Positions 1-13,711 of a DNA stretch of 64,000 bases are shown here, piece by piece (positions within the stretch are counted from its first letter, which is position 1; the number at the start of each line of letters is the position of its first letter). Source of the stretch: Rhina ancylostomus. Taxonomy: Eukaryota. Both the position numbers and the translations under genes were made by a program. Below the pieces are notes generated by a model, which did not search any database, was not told the DNA's origin, and saw only the letters and a list, made by a program, of their open reading frames with translations. The stretch spans positions 28,204,226-28,268,225 of the forward strand of contig JARFYF010000055.1 of the NCBI GenBank assembly GCA_030265395.1, in the 5' to 3' direction.

Positions 1-82
1 ATCAGTCCAGCATGGAATCTATGTGCTGGACAACAAGGCATTAATGGAGCCAAATTGAGGGCCAGAACTCAGAACCACGACA
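1..82 (-). mobile_element. Gypsy-like LTR, partial (runs off the left edge); same family as 27453-27674 and 34092-34340
   Basis: catggaatctatgtgctggacaacaaggcattaatggagccaaattgagg...ctcagaaccacgaca is the near-exact reverse complement of 34092-34165, which starts TGTCATGG. Confidence 0.7.
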
Positions 83-979
83 CGGAGAGGCCTGATGAAT
101 TTCAGGAGTGGCGTCATTTGACTAAGAAGTCATTGCAGTCACATCCACTCCAAAGTAAAGTGACTTTTATCTAAGTACCACTAAAACAAACTGCTATCAC
201 CAGAATATTTAAGTCTCTCTATTTTCTTTATACTCTAGCTATGTTTTAAAGTGATGCTCTGTATCTGTGGTTCACCTCATGCTCTTGCTGTCAATTCTTT
301 AATATTTCATTGATATTAGGCACAGTAGGGTATCATCAATACCCCACAACCCAATCACACAACCATGGCATTCTCTGCTGCCCTTGCATTCTTATGCAGG
401 GCTATCTGCATATCCTTGTTAATATCTTGTAGGCTGAATGTAACATTACAATAACAATTATGTTGCAAATCCAGCTCAGGTAATTGAAGCAAAAGCCAAG
501 CTGATACGCACACGCAAAATTCTTAACTAAATACAAAGAACTGATGTGTAATGAGAGTCAGAATAATACTTGTTCAAGAAAGTAACCAAAGACACTATTG
601 AATCGGCACACTGTTTATGAAGAGTCTGTTTTTTTTTACTGTTTAAAAGAAAATTGTTCTGACAGTTTCAATAGCAATTTTCACTGCTAAGATCTCTTTG
701 ATCCATGTTGTGATGTGCTAGTCACTATATCATACATACATCTTTATCGATTTCAATTTGAAAATAGAGAAACTTGATTTTAACCAAAGCTGTTAAATGG
801 AGTGGTAATCATTTTGTCACAGAGCAAAATGTTTCCCCACTGAATCTCTCAAGTGCATTTAATATGTGTAATCTAGAGAGGAGGTTTGTCCATTGAAGTC
901 ACCGAGGAATATGTCAGACATATTCATAAGAACAGCTAGTCATAAGAAATGCTACAGACATCGTTACTTTAATTAAAGA

Positions 980-1140
980 ATGCTGTAAATCTGAAGTAGG
1001 GCACAGGCAACATTTGCAGAGAAAAAGGCAGAGTTCATGTTTCAGGTGGAAACTCACCAATGAAAGATCAACCTGAAACATTTCTGTTTCACCAGAAGTT
1101 TCTCCTGACCTGCTGAGTTTGCCAGTATTTTCTGTTTATT
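980..1140. repeat. Decayed Penelope-like fold-back terminus (inverted arms)
   Basis: tgtttcaggt...acctgaaaca inverted arms followed by ctgacctgctgagttt..cagtattttctg, the motif also seen at 43113, 49945, 51066 and 62350. Confidence 0.55.
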
Positions 1141-1375
1141 GTAAAACTTCAATAATCCAGCGCACTCATGACTTCACTGATGCTGTAATGGAGTATTGGA
1201 TGATATTTTTATTAATACCTTAACATTTTGTTAAATTTGCTTCTTTTCAAATGTTAGTAACATGATAATAAATTATCCAGTGAATGAGGCAAATTGAAAG
1301 GGAGCATGGAAACTGGAGCCCTGAGAGTTGTAGGGGTCTGCAGAAAATGTGGCCATAGTGAGTTACAAGTGGCAC

Positions 1376-1482
1376 GAGAGTCAGGGGCCTGGGTGAATGA
1401 GAAGGGAGTGCAGGAACCTGGCCCCAGGTGATTGGACAGGGAATGTGGGGACCTGGGCTGCAATGAGTTGACAGGGAGTGTG
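1376..1482 (+). repeat. Degenerate ~30-35 bp minisatellite (GGGAGTG..GG.CCTGGG..TGA.TTGACA units), possibly inside an old DNA-transposon remnant
   Basis: Three to four imperfect units, e.g. gggagtgcaggaacctggccccaggtgattggaca / gggaatgtggggacctgggctgcaatgagttgaca. Confidence 0.45.
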
Positions 1483-1811
1483 GCAAATATTCTGAGCCAG
1501 ATGCTGATCCATTGGGATTTCCAAATAGTTGAATTGCAGATTATGAGAGTTCTACTGTGTGTCAGACCATCACCACAGTATATCCATAATATTTATAGAA
1601 ACCTTTTTTTCTTTTCTGATTAAAGTACAAATAATATCTTTTGTAAAGAAGTATTTTAAGATTGTGTAGAAGTTGACAGAATTTGGAGAACTAAAGTGCA
1701 GTTCCACAGTGTGAGACGATCAGGATCAGTCTGCACGGACTTAAACTTTCTGATACGCTTCTATTTCCTGGTACGGTTCTCTGATGCCAGCAAGAGAGGC
1801 TGAGTAGTGGC

Positions 1812-2135
1812 CAGGGCAGCAGCACTAACTGTTGTGCTACCTCACAGCTCCAGGGACCCATGGCAAGCTGACCCAATGCTGTCTGTGTGGTGTGTGCAGA
1901 TCCTCCCTCTAACTCTGTGGGTTTCCTCCCACATCCCAAGGATGTGCTGGTAGATTAAGTAGCTACTATAAATTATCTTTTAACCTAGGCAAGTGGCTAA
2001 GTAGAATCAAAAGGGAAGGATAATTGGCTTACAAGAGAAAATGCTCAGGGCTACAGGGGATTTGGGAGTACTCTGCTGGGAAATGGCATGGATGAAAAGG
2101 GTTTAATGCTTTCTTCTGTAGCATGGGTAAGTAAA
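1812..2135 (+). mobile_element. Old tRNA-derived V-SINE (HE1-like)
   Basis: cctcacagctccagggacc head and V-domain gctgtctgtgtgg...gtgggtttcctcccacatcccaaggatgtg. Confidence 0.65.
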
Positions 2136-2499
2136 TACCCATTCAAAGGAGATTAAGAACATGACGTAAATGGGGAGCCTGGTATTTTGATACCCTAATC
2201 CACACCAGAGAAGTGGGTGTAGGATTTGTGACAAGCAGGTCCATGGGGTCAGTTGTAATTATGGAAGCAGACTTCAGGCTGCCTGCTAGTTCCAATCAAT
2301 TTAGATTTCAATGGGCAGGAAGCCATAACCATGATGTGTGGCTGAATGCATCAACAGAGCTATTATTGTGACTATTTCCAGTCAAAGGAAGTAACACTGC
2401 TTAAAGTCAGCATCAACCTATTAAAGTAAAGGTAACTTGTGGTTGGGCAGGGACAATCTAACTAGAACAACATCACAGAATGGCACATTGTGTGAAAAC

Positions 2500-4200
2500 A
2501 GGGACTCTACCTTGTTCTGCTGGTACAGGGGTAACTCTGATTGAAGAGTCAGAAGGTATTGGAGATGTTCTGAATCCACAGGAGCCCAGAAACACACTCA
2601 GAAGGCAACAGGGACAAATAATCAATTGCTATGACTCAAGCTGCAAAGTCCTGGATGCAGTGGTCCAAGAATTTTATTGACTGCACAAGAGTGGTCAAGG
2701 TCAGCAAATGAATCTCCAAATGCCAACTGCACCATAAACCTCTCTCACTACAAAATTACTGTCACTATTAACATGGTCAACCAGGGCTCATACCAATACT
2801 CATATGCTTCAACCCACCCCTCACATTCTAGGATCACATCCACACCTCTCAGTTTGCAATACACTGCCAGCTATTCAGTCATGAAAGCCACAACACAATG
2901 TACAATGCTCAGGAACAGATCTCCCTCCTTCTTGTAGGACAAAGAAGTTGCACAAACAGAGATAGCAGAAGCTATCAGAGATTGCCAGCGTAGTTGTCTG
3001 TCCTCATCTCCATGCAAGAAGTGAAGTGTCCAATAGTGGATAGGCACAGTTGAAATTGAGGCTGAGGCTGTGACCTTGGCACTGAAGCTGACAATGTTTC
3101 AGCTTAATCCTCCTTCCCACATCCCGTCTCTTCCTCAGCCCTTGCTCTCCTGTGATGTATTGATACAGATGGTGTAAGTGTGCTCCTCTTGCTCTGCTCC
3201 CTCCTGGTACCCCAACTCAACACAACGCAACCTTGTGGTTATTTCTTTCAGACACCAAAGGATGGCAAATAGATGGGGAGCAGGTCAACATCAAGGCAGT
3301 CGCTTTCACATGCTCAGCCACCAGCTCAGATGCTCTCAGTGTTCGCCATTTAGCGATCAGCATCAAGGTGGGATTTACACATGGTGAGACACTAAATCAG
3401 GGAAGGGGGAAGGGTATTGCAGTTGTCAGCTTCCCAGATGCCAAAATCACACATAGGCTCTGCTGCACAGGGCTCAATTTGATTGGTAGTCTACAATTAA
3501 AGGCAAATGGTTGGATGCAATGAAATTACTGCTGTAATGATAAAACTTGCCAGAAAACTTGTGTGAAATGGCAAGAGCCACAGAAGAGTCAATCGGCAAT
3601 TTGCCACAGGGCTCTGTACACAGCTCATCCATTTCAACATTTCACCAGCTCCTCACACACAGTTGAGCACCCAATCAACATGCAGTGATTGATGGATGAT
3701 GTCACACCTCCCTATGCAGCACAGGCAGCAGCCACATGACATCTGAGTCCTGGAGTGGAAGTTTAGACTGGTGCCAATGAGGGCAATGTGCTGTAGTGAA
3801 GCTGGGATTGCTAGTCATTGCTATGGACGACAGGGTGAAAAGGTGCTCACAGTGATCCAGCAACCTACTGCTCTAAGTTACCAAGATTGGTGAGGCCCTA
3901 TTCTGGAGAAAGGCAGTTGCTCTACTGAGTGAACTCACTTGTACTCTTCTGGATGGGAGCATTCTTCCTACCATCAATGCCACTCTGACAGTCCTTTTGC
4001 AGTTGGTATTCAGTTTGCCGGCCCAGTTGACTGGAACCCATGCTAAGATGGAGCCACCCCAACCTAGGACCCCAGCGACTGGAGGTCATCCTCCAAGGCC
4101 ATTTGCAACCTCATCCACTGATGACCAGCAGTCTTCCTGCAGCCTTGCTGGGGTTGTTCTGTGCATGATCAGAAGGTTAAGAAAGAAAAAAACAACTTCC
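2500..4200 (+). mobile_element. Decayed PIF/Harbinger Myb/SANT (trihelix-like) gene remnant
   Basis: 2649-2699 translates SWMQWSKNFIDCTRVVK, resembling the Myb/SANT helix-3 motif TWxQCRKKFNDLTR. It is followed by a gtcagc donor (2700) and a cttcttgtag acceptor (2937). Frameshifts and stops throughout. Confidence 0.6.
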
Positions 4201-4829
4201 AAACCATAGCCTCTGACCATTCTTTCAGTCATGCTGCATCACAAGGAGAAAGTTCACTTAATGCACCCACGTCAAGGAGCAATGAGTTTGTGCAGGAGCT
4301 TTAAAATCTCAGTTTCATCACTTTGTATAAACCCTTGTAACCCAAATAACCACAGGAAGCACCAAACATTTATAGAATCGTCGCAGTAGGTCACATGAAA
4401 TTAATCAGAACCTTACCTGTAAATAGTTGATGATGTCTTTAAATAGCACGGTTGAGGGATCTTCAACAGGAAAACAGATGTTCAGTTTTTCAAGGCTATG
4501 AGAGGGCAGCAAATTGGAATGATTAATCCATTGATTTGTCTGTTTTGCATGCAAAATTTAACAGCATACCTACTAATGTGATTCACCCTGAAATATGTAA
4601 ATGTACTTTTAAAGCCTTTTTGGATCACTAAGGGCACTTGCAGCACCAAAACATTGATGCTAATCATCCCAGTATTTCTCTGACTTATTATCTAGCTTTC
4701 CCATAACCTCCTTTTACTCTCAGTCTTGGTTAATGCTGGCTGATACCTGACCTATCCTTACCTGCTGGTCACTTGGTTATAGATAATTTCTCTGTGGTTA
4801 ATTGAGGGGGAATGGAGAGAAAAAAAAGA

Positions 4830-5075
4830 GGATTTAAGAGGTAATCTGATATAGGTCTTTAAAACTCTGAGTGGGTTGCACAGAGTCAATGCAAAATGTT
4901 TCCACATGAGGAAATCTAAAACCGGGGTCATTAGTAGAAGATAGCTACTAATAAATTCAAAAGGGAAACGAGAAGAAATCTATCTTGTATGAGAGTGGTT
5001 AGAATGTGGAACTACCGCCACAGGAAATGGACGAGACAAATTACTTAGATGCTTTCATGAGAACGTTAGATATAG
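4830..5075 (+). mobile_element. CR1 LINE 3' fragment
   Basis: ttaagaggtaatctgatataggtctttaaaa (LRGNLI-VFK) and gagagtggttagaatgtggaac (RVVRMWN), the CR1 ORF2 C-terminus. Confidence 0.7.
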
Positions 5076-5129
5076 GAGGAGTCGACTGTTCAGCTCTAAG
5101 CTTGCTTTACTATTCGATCAGTTCACTGC

Positions 5130-5520
5130 TGTTTTCCTACCTCAACTCTACCTTCCCTTACTTTATCCAAACTTTGATTCCCTTAAATATTCTATCATCT
5201 CAAATACATTCAAAAACTAAACTTCCAAAGATGCACTCTAAGAATTCCACAGATTCATTACCCTCCGGGCGAAGAAATTTTCCCTCATCTTTCTCGTCAA
5301 TGATTGACCCCTTATTTTAAAGCTGTGACCCCTGTTTTTCTTTCCTCTCTCCAGTCAGGTGAATTGTCTGCCCAGCCTGTCAAGTTCCTCTTCAAGATCC
5401 CAGGGTATATAGGCCAAGTCCTCCCAGGAATTAGTCAAGTAAATCTTTGTTGCAATCTAAGGCAAGACCAAGACAATGGACAATACTCCAGTTGGAGTCT
5501 CACCAAGGCCTTGCCACATA
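5130..5520 (-). mobile_element. Old CR1 LINE 3' fragment
   Basis: gaattccacagattcattaccctc...gaagaaatttccctcatct and caatactccagttggagtctcaccaaggcc, reverse CR1 motifs. Confidence 0.6.
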
Positions 5521-5669
5521 GAAGCCACAGGCAGAATCGAACTTGAGGTTCAGAGGAGAATCATCTCCGATGTGGGTCAGTGGCACTACTGCACAGAATT
5601 GAAGCACAAATGCCAGCACGTGACTTTCCACTTGACAGCTGGATTCTGCACTGAACGCAGGGGGAATTG

Positions 5670-5755
5670 TAATTGGTCTATTATTGTCACATGTACTGAG
5701 ATACAGTGAAAAGCTTTTGTCTGTGTGCCATCCAGACAGATCATTCCATACACAA
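5670..5755 (-). mobile_element. Rex1/Babar LINE 3' tail, cut by a gap
   Basis: attggtctattattgtcacatgtactgagatacagtgaaaagc is the reverse of the tail at 12100-12145. Confidence 0.65.
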
Positions 5756-6657
5756 NNNNNNNNNNNNNNNNNNNNNNNNNNNNNNNNNNNNNNNNNNNNN
5801 NNNNNNNNNNNNNNNNNNNNNNNNNNNNNNNNNNNNNNNNNNNNNNNNNNNNNNNATCAGTAATGTGAATATTTTTTTATTCAATGTTGATAATTAAAGT
5901 GTATAACAAGAGGGGCAGAAAAATAAATTCCCTCTGAAACGGGGCACAGCAAAAAATGTCAGGGAACCTTTGATGTATTCAAAGAGAATCCCAAAGGCTA
6001 ATTCACATGGCACATTTACAGATTGATTGCAAAGTAGACTATTATCAGTACTATGAGGGCTACTGGAGCAGAAAATTAACAGCCCTCTATAAGCAGCTTC
6101 AAAAGAAAATGGGGAAATTCATTTATTAGTGGGTTGAGTAGTCTCAAAAAGGGTGCAATTCTACTTGTTCTTATCTGGTACTCAAGAAGTTGTATTTGAA
6201 CTAAACTACTGACATAGGATTGTTCAAAATGATTCCATTTCTGATGATGAGACTCTTGAAGAATTGACTGTCAGGGGATTGAGATCCTTCCCCTCAATTT
6301 TCTGAAGAGCAGATGCAGCACAGGTGGCAAATCCTTCTCACAGCAACCAGAGTCTTTTGGGAGACTGTTGCAATGATGTAAGTGAGAGATTTTCCAAGTA
6401 TCAGTGATTGTAATAACCTCACAACTCTCTAATGCAGAAAACGTGACCCATGGACAACAATTACGTAAAGACATCTGTTGCTTGTTGCAATTGTGCAGTG
6501 ATTCTTCAAGTGTATTATATATTGTTTCTTGTGTAAACATATACATGCTTCCTGCATGTTGTGGATAGAAAGCAATGTTCCTGCTGGCAATATATTTTGC
6601 ATTTATTAAATGTCCCATGCCTTGAAGAAAGGTTGGGCATACAAACAATTTAAGGTT

Positions 6658-6733
6658 TGTAGCGGCTAGCTACACTGAATAAAGACACGAGACACTTGTT
6701 TGGAGTCCAAGAGTCGAATGAACGACTGGGGTG
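6658..6733. mobile_element. Possible LTR end, cut by a gap
   Basis: Starts TGT with a TGTAGC-ggcta-GCTACA mini-inverted repeat; CpG-retaining (young-looking) and abuts a 100-N gap. Confidence 0.3.
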
Positions 6734-6833
6734 NNNNNNNNNNNNNNNNNNNNNNNNNNNNNNNNNNNNNNNNNNNNNNNNNNNNNNNNNNNNNNNNNNN
6801 NNNNNNNNNNNNNNNNNNNNNNNNNNNNNNNNN

Positions 6834-7170
6834 AGATATTCAGAAAGGGAAAGGAAGAGTTCAGGGAAGATGAGAGTGGGGTGGAAATTGGCAGAAAAGT
6901 AATGAATGTTTTCAGTTCTGTATGATTGCAGGAATCAACACCAATGCAGTCATTGATATACTGGAAAAAGAGTTTGGGTAATGGGCCTGAATATGACTGA
7001 AACAAAGGTTGTTTCACAGATCTTGCAAAAAGGTGGGCATACCTTGGGCTGATTGACTGCTCATTGCTACACAATTGATCTGGAGAAAGTGAGTGGAATT
7101 GAAGAAGTTGCTCAATTGAGGGACTAGTTCAGTTAGGTGAATGAGTGTGGGCCTTTGCTAAGGAAGAAGT
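6834..7170 (-). mobile_element. Penelope-like element reverse transcriptase fragment
   Basis: ORF 6670-7074(-) reads PRYAHLFARSVKQPLFQSYSGPLPKLFFQYINDCIG...FPFLNI, matching PLE RT motifs (PSYAxLF, RYIDD, LPFLDI). Confidence 0.8.
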
Positions 7171-7369
7171 GGAGGGCATTTTGTTGCCCTTTGCTGTCTG
7201 CAGCCTTCCTTATTCAATATCTCAAACTTTAGATAACTCGCTGGTTCTCTCCGTCAGTATGAGAAATGGGCATTTCTGCCAATCGTATATTTGTGATTTT
7301 GGCTCAGTTTTCTCTCTCCATTAGCATAGCTTGGCCTGATGGGCATGTCCCACAGCGTTGCTAGTAGCA

Positions 7370-7602
7370 ACATAAACAGAGAAGCATAATCTGCTTCATT
7401 AACCTATTTGGTCTTGCCCTATTAGCGATATTCTCTTTGTTCTATACATCCCTTCCTTATCTACTCTGCAGCCAAAAACTAAGTTGTTTTCACTCTTTAC
7501 CAGTTCTGTTGAAGGGGCTTGGACTGAAATTTAAGCTCTGCTTCTCTCTTCACAGCTGCTGTCTAACCTGCTGAGTATTTCCATTATTTTCTGATCTTAT
7601 TT
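7370..7602 (+). mobile_element. Penelope-like terminal repeat with decayed hammerhead-like motif
   Basis: cagttctgttgaagggg...ctgaaatttaagctctg...ctaacctgctgagtatttcc. Confidence 0.5.
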
Positions 7603-8275
7603 TGTTACGTACCAGCAACAATAGAAACACACCGAGCCATGTACAAGTGTTAAAAACTGTTTTATTAATAACTACTTGTGATAATAAGAAAAGTAAAAAC
7701 ATAATCCCCAAACCTAAACTCAAAGTGTGTGTGTGGCAAATTCCCAAACTCCAAGTCTAGGAATAATTCTCAAAGTTCAGTTCAGCATGTCATCAGGTGA
7801 AACGTGAGCAAAGGCGTTTGCAAAACCACCATTGACTGAAAAGAAAATGTAGAGAGATGTAGAGAAAATTAACGAAATCCACATGTTCCACAATGAAACC
7901 CATATGACACCTCAATCTCTGATGATCTCCACTGCTTTGTTCCAAAGTATCTGCCACCCCGAAGGCATTCGATACGTGGCCGCCCACAGATATACCTGTT
8001 TTTCAGTACAGGTTAATGACAAAGTGGGCACCACTTGTTTGCTCCAAAAATCCATATGTGGATTGTAGTGACAGACACAGCTATTGTTCTTCATCGATCG
8101 ATACAGAGACCAGCAGTCAGTGCCCCTCTCTCTCTCTCACACTTCTCCAACTCACTGACCAAAACCATCAGCACAATGTCATCTTGCTGTCATGATGACA
8201 CCACACACACACCACTACTCTACTGCCCAGGTGCCTTAAAGGGACCTTCACCAAATAGCAACCTGGCTCATAACA
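7603..8275 (-). mobile_element. Solo-LTR-like element (~670 bp)
   Basis: TGTTA...TAACA inverted termini; minus-strand AATAAA at 7660-7665 near the inferred 3' end. No TSD found (tattt vs cccta). Confidence 0.5.
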
Positions 8276-10664
8276 CCCTAAACCTATGTCCTCTAGTTCT
8301 ACTCTCACCCAACCTTAAAGGTAAAAAAAAGCATGCATGCGTTCAACCGATCTAGTATAGACATTGAGAATTAAGACTCAATCTCTAAACCTCTCATATT
8401 GGGGTTACAGAGATTGAGAATTTCACCCAAGTTATGACTAGTACTGCACATCTGTATTGGAAGAATTGGAGCACATGTACTTTTCAAATATGAACGTTAA
8501 AAAAAGGGTGCTTGGCATAAATATAGTTTACATTAAATTTATGTCCTATACCCCATCCAAATTTGCCAAAGGAAACAATGATACTATTTTCAAAAATAAA
8601 GAATACCATTAGAATTATTTCTTTCAAATATACATCTCGTTTCATAATATGGAATAAATCATGCCCACGAGTGATGAGATGACAATAAAATGGAAACACA
8701 TTCAGAGAGATAAAGTGGGGTCTAAATTATTTGATGCTCCAAAGTGGGCACAATTTGGTGGTGCTCTAAAATAGAGTAACATGAAGACCAAATTAAACTC
8801 ATCCTCTGCATCATCAGAATGCATCAATTTTCAGCCATGAATCTCAAGAAGTTTCTGTATTCTGTGTATTTGGTCTCTAATTTAGTGTGATGAATTTGCA
8901 ATAATAATCCTGCAAATTACCAAAATTTCAGCTTTAAGAGAACCATCAAAATCTTCATAAACATAATTTGAATTTAAAAAGATTGCAGTACTCTGCATTG
9001 CAATCTGGACTTTATCCAGAAGAAGTCGGAGGTTCCCCCAAATAAATGGCTGCCCATTGCTTTTAGTTATTGCAAGAGATGGGCAGATTAGTTTCCCAAA
9101 TCAGATGCCAGTCACAGTGGGATGGACATAATCACAGCAGCATTAAGGCAATAAATCTGGCACCANNNNNNNNNNAAGTTACTAAGTTAATTGCTGGTGA
9201 GAATTTTTCTATATGGGTTTGGATTCCTTGAAAATAGGGGGTGAAAATTAACACTAAACAGCAATTGTGGGAACACCGTAGCTCAATGAAAATATGTCTA
9301 ATTACGGGTTATTTACTTCATTTATTTTGGAAATAAATAAACATGATAAATAACATCTCTTGCTCTGAGAAATGTTTTCTAAAGCTTGATACAAATTCAG
9401 TTGTGCAAGCAACCAGCCAGTAAATTTCCCCAATCACTATTCTTAATAAGATTCAGTTTGGAAAAGGATGATTCAAACTAACATATTACAGATGACCCCC
9501 ATGTTATTGGGGAAAGGAGGTGCAGGGGGTGTGGGTTGCATTCAGAAAAGACGGTTTGCATCACAATTTTCCATAATGCATGCACAGATGATGCAGCTTT
9601 GCATAAAAAAATGCAAGTTGAAGAACTTAAGTTTGTATTGATTTACAGTTTTTTCACATAACTTCTGTGAGAACAAATTTTACTCCATAGCTCAAATTTT
9701 TGGAATTCTGTAAGAGTAAATTTCTGTAACCCCCAACAATCGTAACACCTGGGGGTTGGGGGGAGGTGCCGCCTGTAATGAGAATATTATGACAAGCTTA
9801 AGAATGGTGCATGTAACTGATAACAACGCTCAACTAGAGATCAGTTTGGTCAAAGGTTACATGCTTTTTGCTCGGTGTTTCATGACACTGGTGTCCTCAA
9901 CCTATGAAATTCTAATCAGAAGGCTGCCAAATGATGTCCTCTTATTGGTTGCAAGTTCTCCGACAAAGTCACTCTGATGCATCCAATTCAGTTGGAGGTG
10001 AGAAAAACATGGAGAATGGACATTTGCAAACCTGACATTAGTCCTTGAGAACAAATGTTATTTTTTATTCCCAGAATGCCATACAGCTAGTTGGTGATAG
10101 TTTGATCATTCCTCCTGGGTATCACATTCATCTCATTTAAATGACCAATGACCTCTGAGGGCAAGATCAATCTGCAATTTGCAATTGGTGAGACACCTGT
10201 TGGTTTAAATCTGGTCCGTCAGGAATTCAAGCAACTTTTCTTCAGTTGCAGAACCCACAATCAGTTGGCCTTTACCGATTCAACAGAAGTTGCAGAGATT
10301 GACAAATGTCAGATTCAACATCCAACAGTGAAAAAGGGAATAGGAATATACTGAAATCCAGACCACAAGTTCAGAAAATTTCATCGGCATAACTAATCAT
10401 AATACTGGTGAAACTTTATGATAGAGATAAGGTTTTATACAAACCATGAAGACTGGCAATCAGTTGGGATTGACATTTTGAAGTTCATTCTTGAAGTTGG
10501 GGTGTTATTGGCCAGGCCTTGTTGCCTTTAGAAGATTATCATGGGCATTCATGAATGAAAGATTTAGCCACAAAGAAATGAAGAATTTGTTACATTGGTG
10601 GTGAGAGTGGAGTCACATTTAATCCAAATAAGGCAAGAATGATGTATTACCTTCCTATTATATT

Positions 10665-12145
10665 CCTATTTGCAGACATATTTATCTCTCCCTTCTTCAA
10701 TCTGAGGTTCCCACCTGTTTTAAGAAGACCACTATCATGCCGGTACCTAAGATAAACAAGATAACACGCTATAATGACTACCGACCGGTGGCTCTGACAT
10801 CCACCATCATGAAGTACTTCGAGAGGCTGGTCATGGCATGCATCAACTCCAGCCTCCCAGGCAACCTCAACCCACTGCAAATTCGCCTCCCAATGAAACA
10901 GGTCTAGAGTGGATGCCAACTCCTCGGCCCTACACTCATTTCTGGAGCATCTTGGACAGTAAAGATACCTACGTTAGACTATTGTTTATTGACTACAGCT
11001 CCAACTTCAATACCATAATTCCAAGCAAACTCATCACCAAACTCCAAGATCTGGGACTCAACACCTCCATCTGCAACTAGATCCTTGACTTTCTGACTAA
11101 CAGGCCGCAATCAGTAAGAATAGGCAGCAGCACCTCCAACATGACTATTCTCAGCACTGGTGACCCACAAGGCTGCATCCTCAGCCCTCTACTGTACTCC
11201 CTATATACTCATGACTGCGTGGTCAGATTCTGCTCGAACTCCATCTACAAGTTTGCAGATGATAACACTGTAGTAGGCAGTACCTCAAATAATGATGAGT
11301 CAGAGTACAGGAAGGAGACAGAGCTTAGTGTCATGGTGTCATGACAACAACCTTTCACTCAATGTCAGCAAAACAAAAGAGCTGGTCATTGGCCAGGAAG
11401 GGGTAGGAGGGTGATGCACATGCTCCTGTCGACAAGAATGATGCTGAGGTCAAGAGGGTTGAGAGCTTCAGGTTCCTGGGAGTGAACATCACCAACAGCC
11501 TGTCTTGGTCCAACCACGTAAATGCCACAGCCAAGAAAACTCACCAGCACCTCTACTTCCTCAGGAAGCTAAAGAAAGTTGGCATATCCCTTTTGACACT
11601 TGCCAACTTTTACTGATGAATGATAGAAAACATCCTATTTAGATGCATCATGGCTTGGTATAGCAACTACTCTGCCCAGGAATGGAAGAAGCTGCAGAGA
11701 GTGGTGGACCCAGCCCAACACATCATGGAAACCAGCCTCTCCTCCATGAACTCTGTCTGTACCTCTCTCTGCCTTGGTGAAGCAGCCAGCATAATCAAAG
11801 ACCCCACCCATCAGGGTCACTCTCTCTTTTCCCGCTCCCATCAGGCAGAAGATACAGGAGCCCGATGACACATACTACCAGGTTCAAGGACAGCCCACTG
11901 TGATAAGACCCTTATACGATGAGATGTACTCTTGACCTCACAATCTACCTTATTGTGACCTAGCACCTCATTGCTTACCTGCAATTCACTTTTCTGCAGC
12001 TGTAACACTTTACTCTATATTCTGTTATTGTTTTTACCCTGTACTACCTTAATGCACTGTGTAATGAATTGATCTGTATGAATGGTATGAAAGACACATT
12101 TTTCCCTGTTCCTCGGTATGGGTGATAATAAACTAATACTAATAC
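10665..12145 (+). mobile_element. Rex1/Babar LINE, 5'-truncated, with RT domain and 3' tail
   Basis: [77 protein letters not shown]; frameshifted; ends aataaactaatactaatact. Confidence 0.9.
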
Positions 12146-13096
12146 TAGAGAACATGTGGCTTTTCTCAACAATCCAGCTTTCTGGATGCCTTTCCTATTA
12201 CAAGTTTCTTTTATTTTCAGAATTTTTTCTAAGATTGAATTCTGGTCTACGCAGCAAGATGTAAACCTACATTCTCTGGATGGTTAGTCCAGGGTTCTGA
12301 AATACTAGTTCAAAACATATTCCACTCATCGTCCATTGACTGGCACGCTGTCCGATCAAATAATGGACAATCCACTATCCTTTTTAATGGACTGTATGAC
12401 ATCTGTCACTATTAGGTAATAGGTGATCCATCAATTGTAACTCACAGCCACAGCTGGTCAGGTGAATCATGAACTTCAATCAAAGGACACCAATGAGACA
12501 AGATTGAGAGATGCATGTAAACAACATCCCTCATCTTCAGTGCCATATTAATTCAGAGCAAGAGTAATATTGTGTTACTTTGCAATTGCAAAAGCAATAC
12601 AAGGTTTCATTCATTCTATAATAAGACCCTTGAGAGTTACATAGATGCCTGTCAGTACTTGACAATGCCACACATTTTTAGGATATTTTTAACTGGCAGC
12701 CAGAGACCTTTCTTATCTCTCAGTTGAAGTCCTCTTGAATTCAAATTTCACTTTATATTTAATATATTTTAATTATATTATTTTCTTTTGATTCTTCTTA
12801 GTTACCTTATTCTTTTCCCATTCAATGGTTAGTGAAAACGAGAAAACTCCCAACATGAACATGAACCTATAGTCTTCCATTCTGCAGTATATTTTAATGG
12901 TGTTTTGTGTAAAACTAGTTTCAGGCCACCATGTGAATGTTATCTATATCAATATAATTAAGCTGCATGTATTTAGTGCATATACGCCTTAAGTATATCA
13001 ATTGCATCATGCATTAACTACTATCAGTCTAATAACCAGCCTGTGATAAACATCCTAAGTTGTTTAAACCCCCTTTGGATACCAGGAAAAGTCCAA

Positions 13097-13515
13097 ATCA
13101 GAATCAGGTTTATTACCACTGATGTAGGTCATGAAATTTGTTGTTTTGTGGCAGTAGTACAGTGCAAGACAAAGACATAAAAATTACTATAAGTTACAAA
13201 AATAATTAAATAGTACAGAAGAGGAATAATGCGGTAGTGTTCATGGACCATTCAGAAATCTGATGGCAGATGGAAGAAGCTGTTCCTGAAACGTTGAATG
13301 TGGGTCTTCATGCTCCTGTGCCTCCTTCCTGATGGTGGTAACGTGAAGAAGGCATGTCCTGGGTGGTGAGGGTCCTTAATAATGAATGCCACCTTCTAGA
13401 GCCACCACCTCTTAAAGATGTCCTCAATGGCAGGGAGGCTTGTGCCCATAATGGAGCTGGTGGTGCAGCTTCTTTCAAGCCTGCACATTGAAGCCTCCAT
13501 ATCAGGCGGTGCTGA
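13097..13515 (-). mobile_element. Rex1/Babar LINE 3' end, second subfamily
   Basis: aatcagaatcaggtttatt tail; minus-strand GTSLPAIEDIFKRWWL. Confidence 0.75.
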
Positions 13516-13711
13516 TTTGCAAATAGTAATCCTCTTGAAATCAAACTGGTCCTTCTTTCCCTTGATAATTGCCAACCAAGCAGTGTCTGAAGGAAAGATT
13601 CCGGAGACAGCCACTTTGTTTTCCACAAACCCTGTCCTAGTCATCTTAAAAACAACATTTGGAACATAATACACAAAAAAACTGAAAATAAGTGTTTTTT
13701 TTATTTTTCAG

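Noticed and set aside
4410-4475. Possible minus-strand micro-exon (CAG|gtaagg donor, ttttcctgttgaag acceptor)
   Set aside because: About 44 nt with no recognisable peptide; such splice-like pairs arise by chance
9728-9757. AACCCCCA...TGGGGGTT hairpin
   Set aside because: 8-bp low-complexity stem, expected by chance in 64 kb
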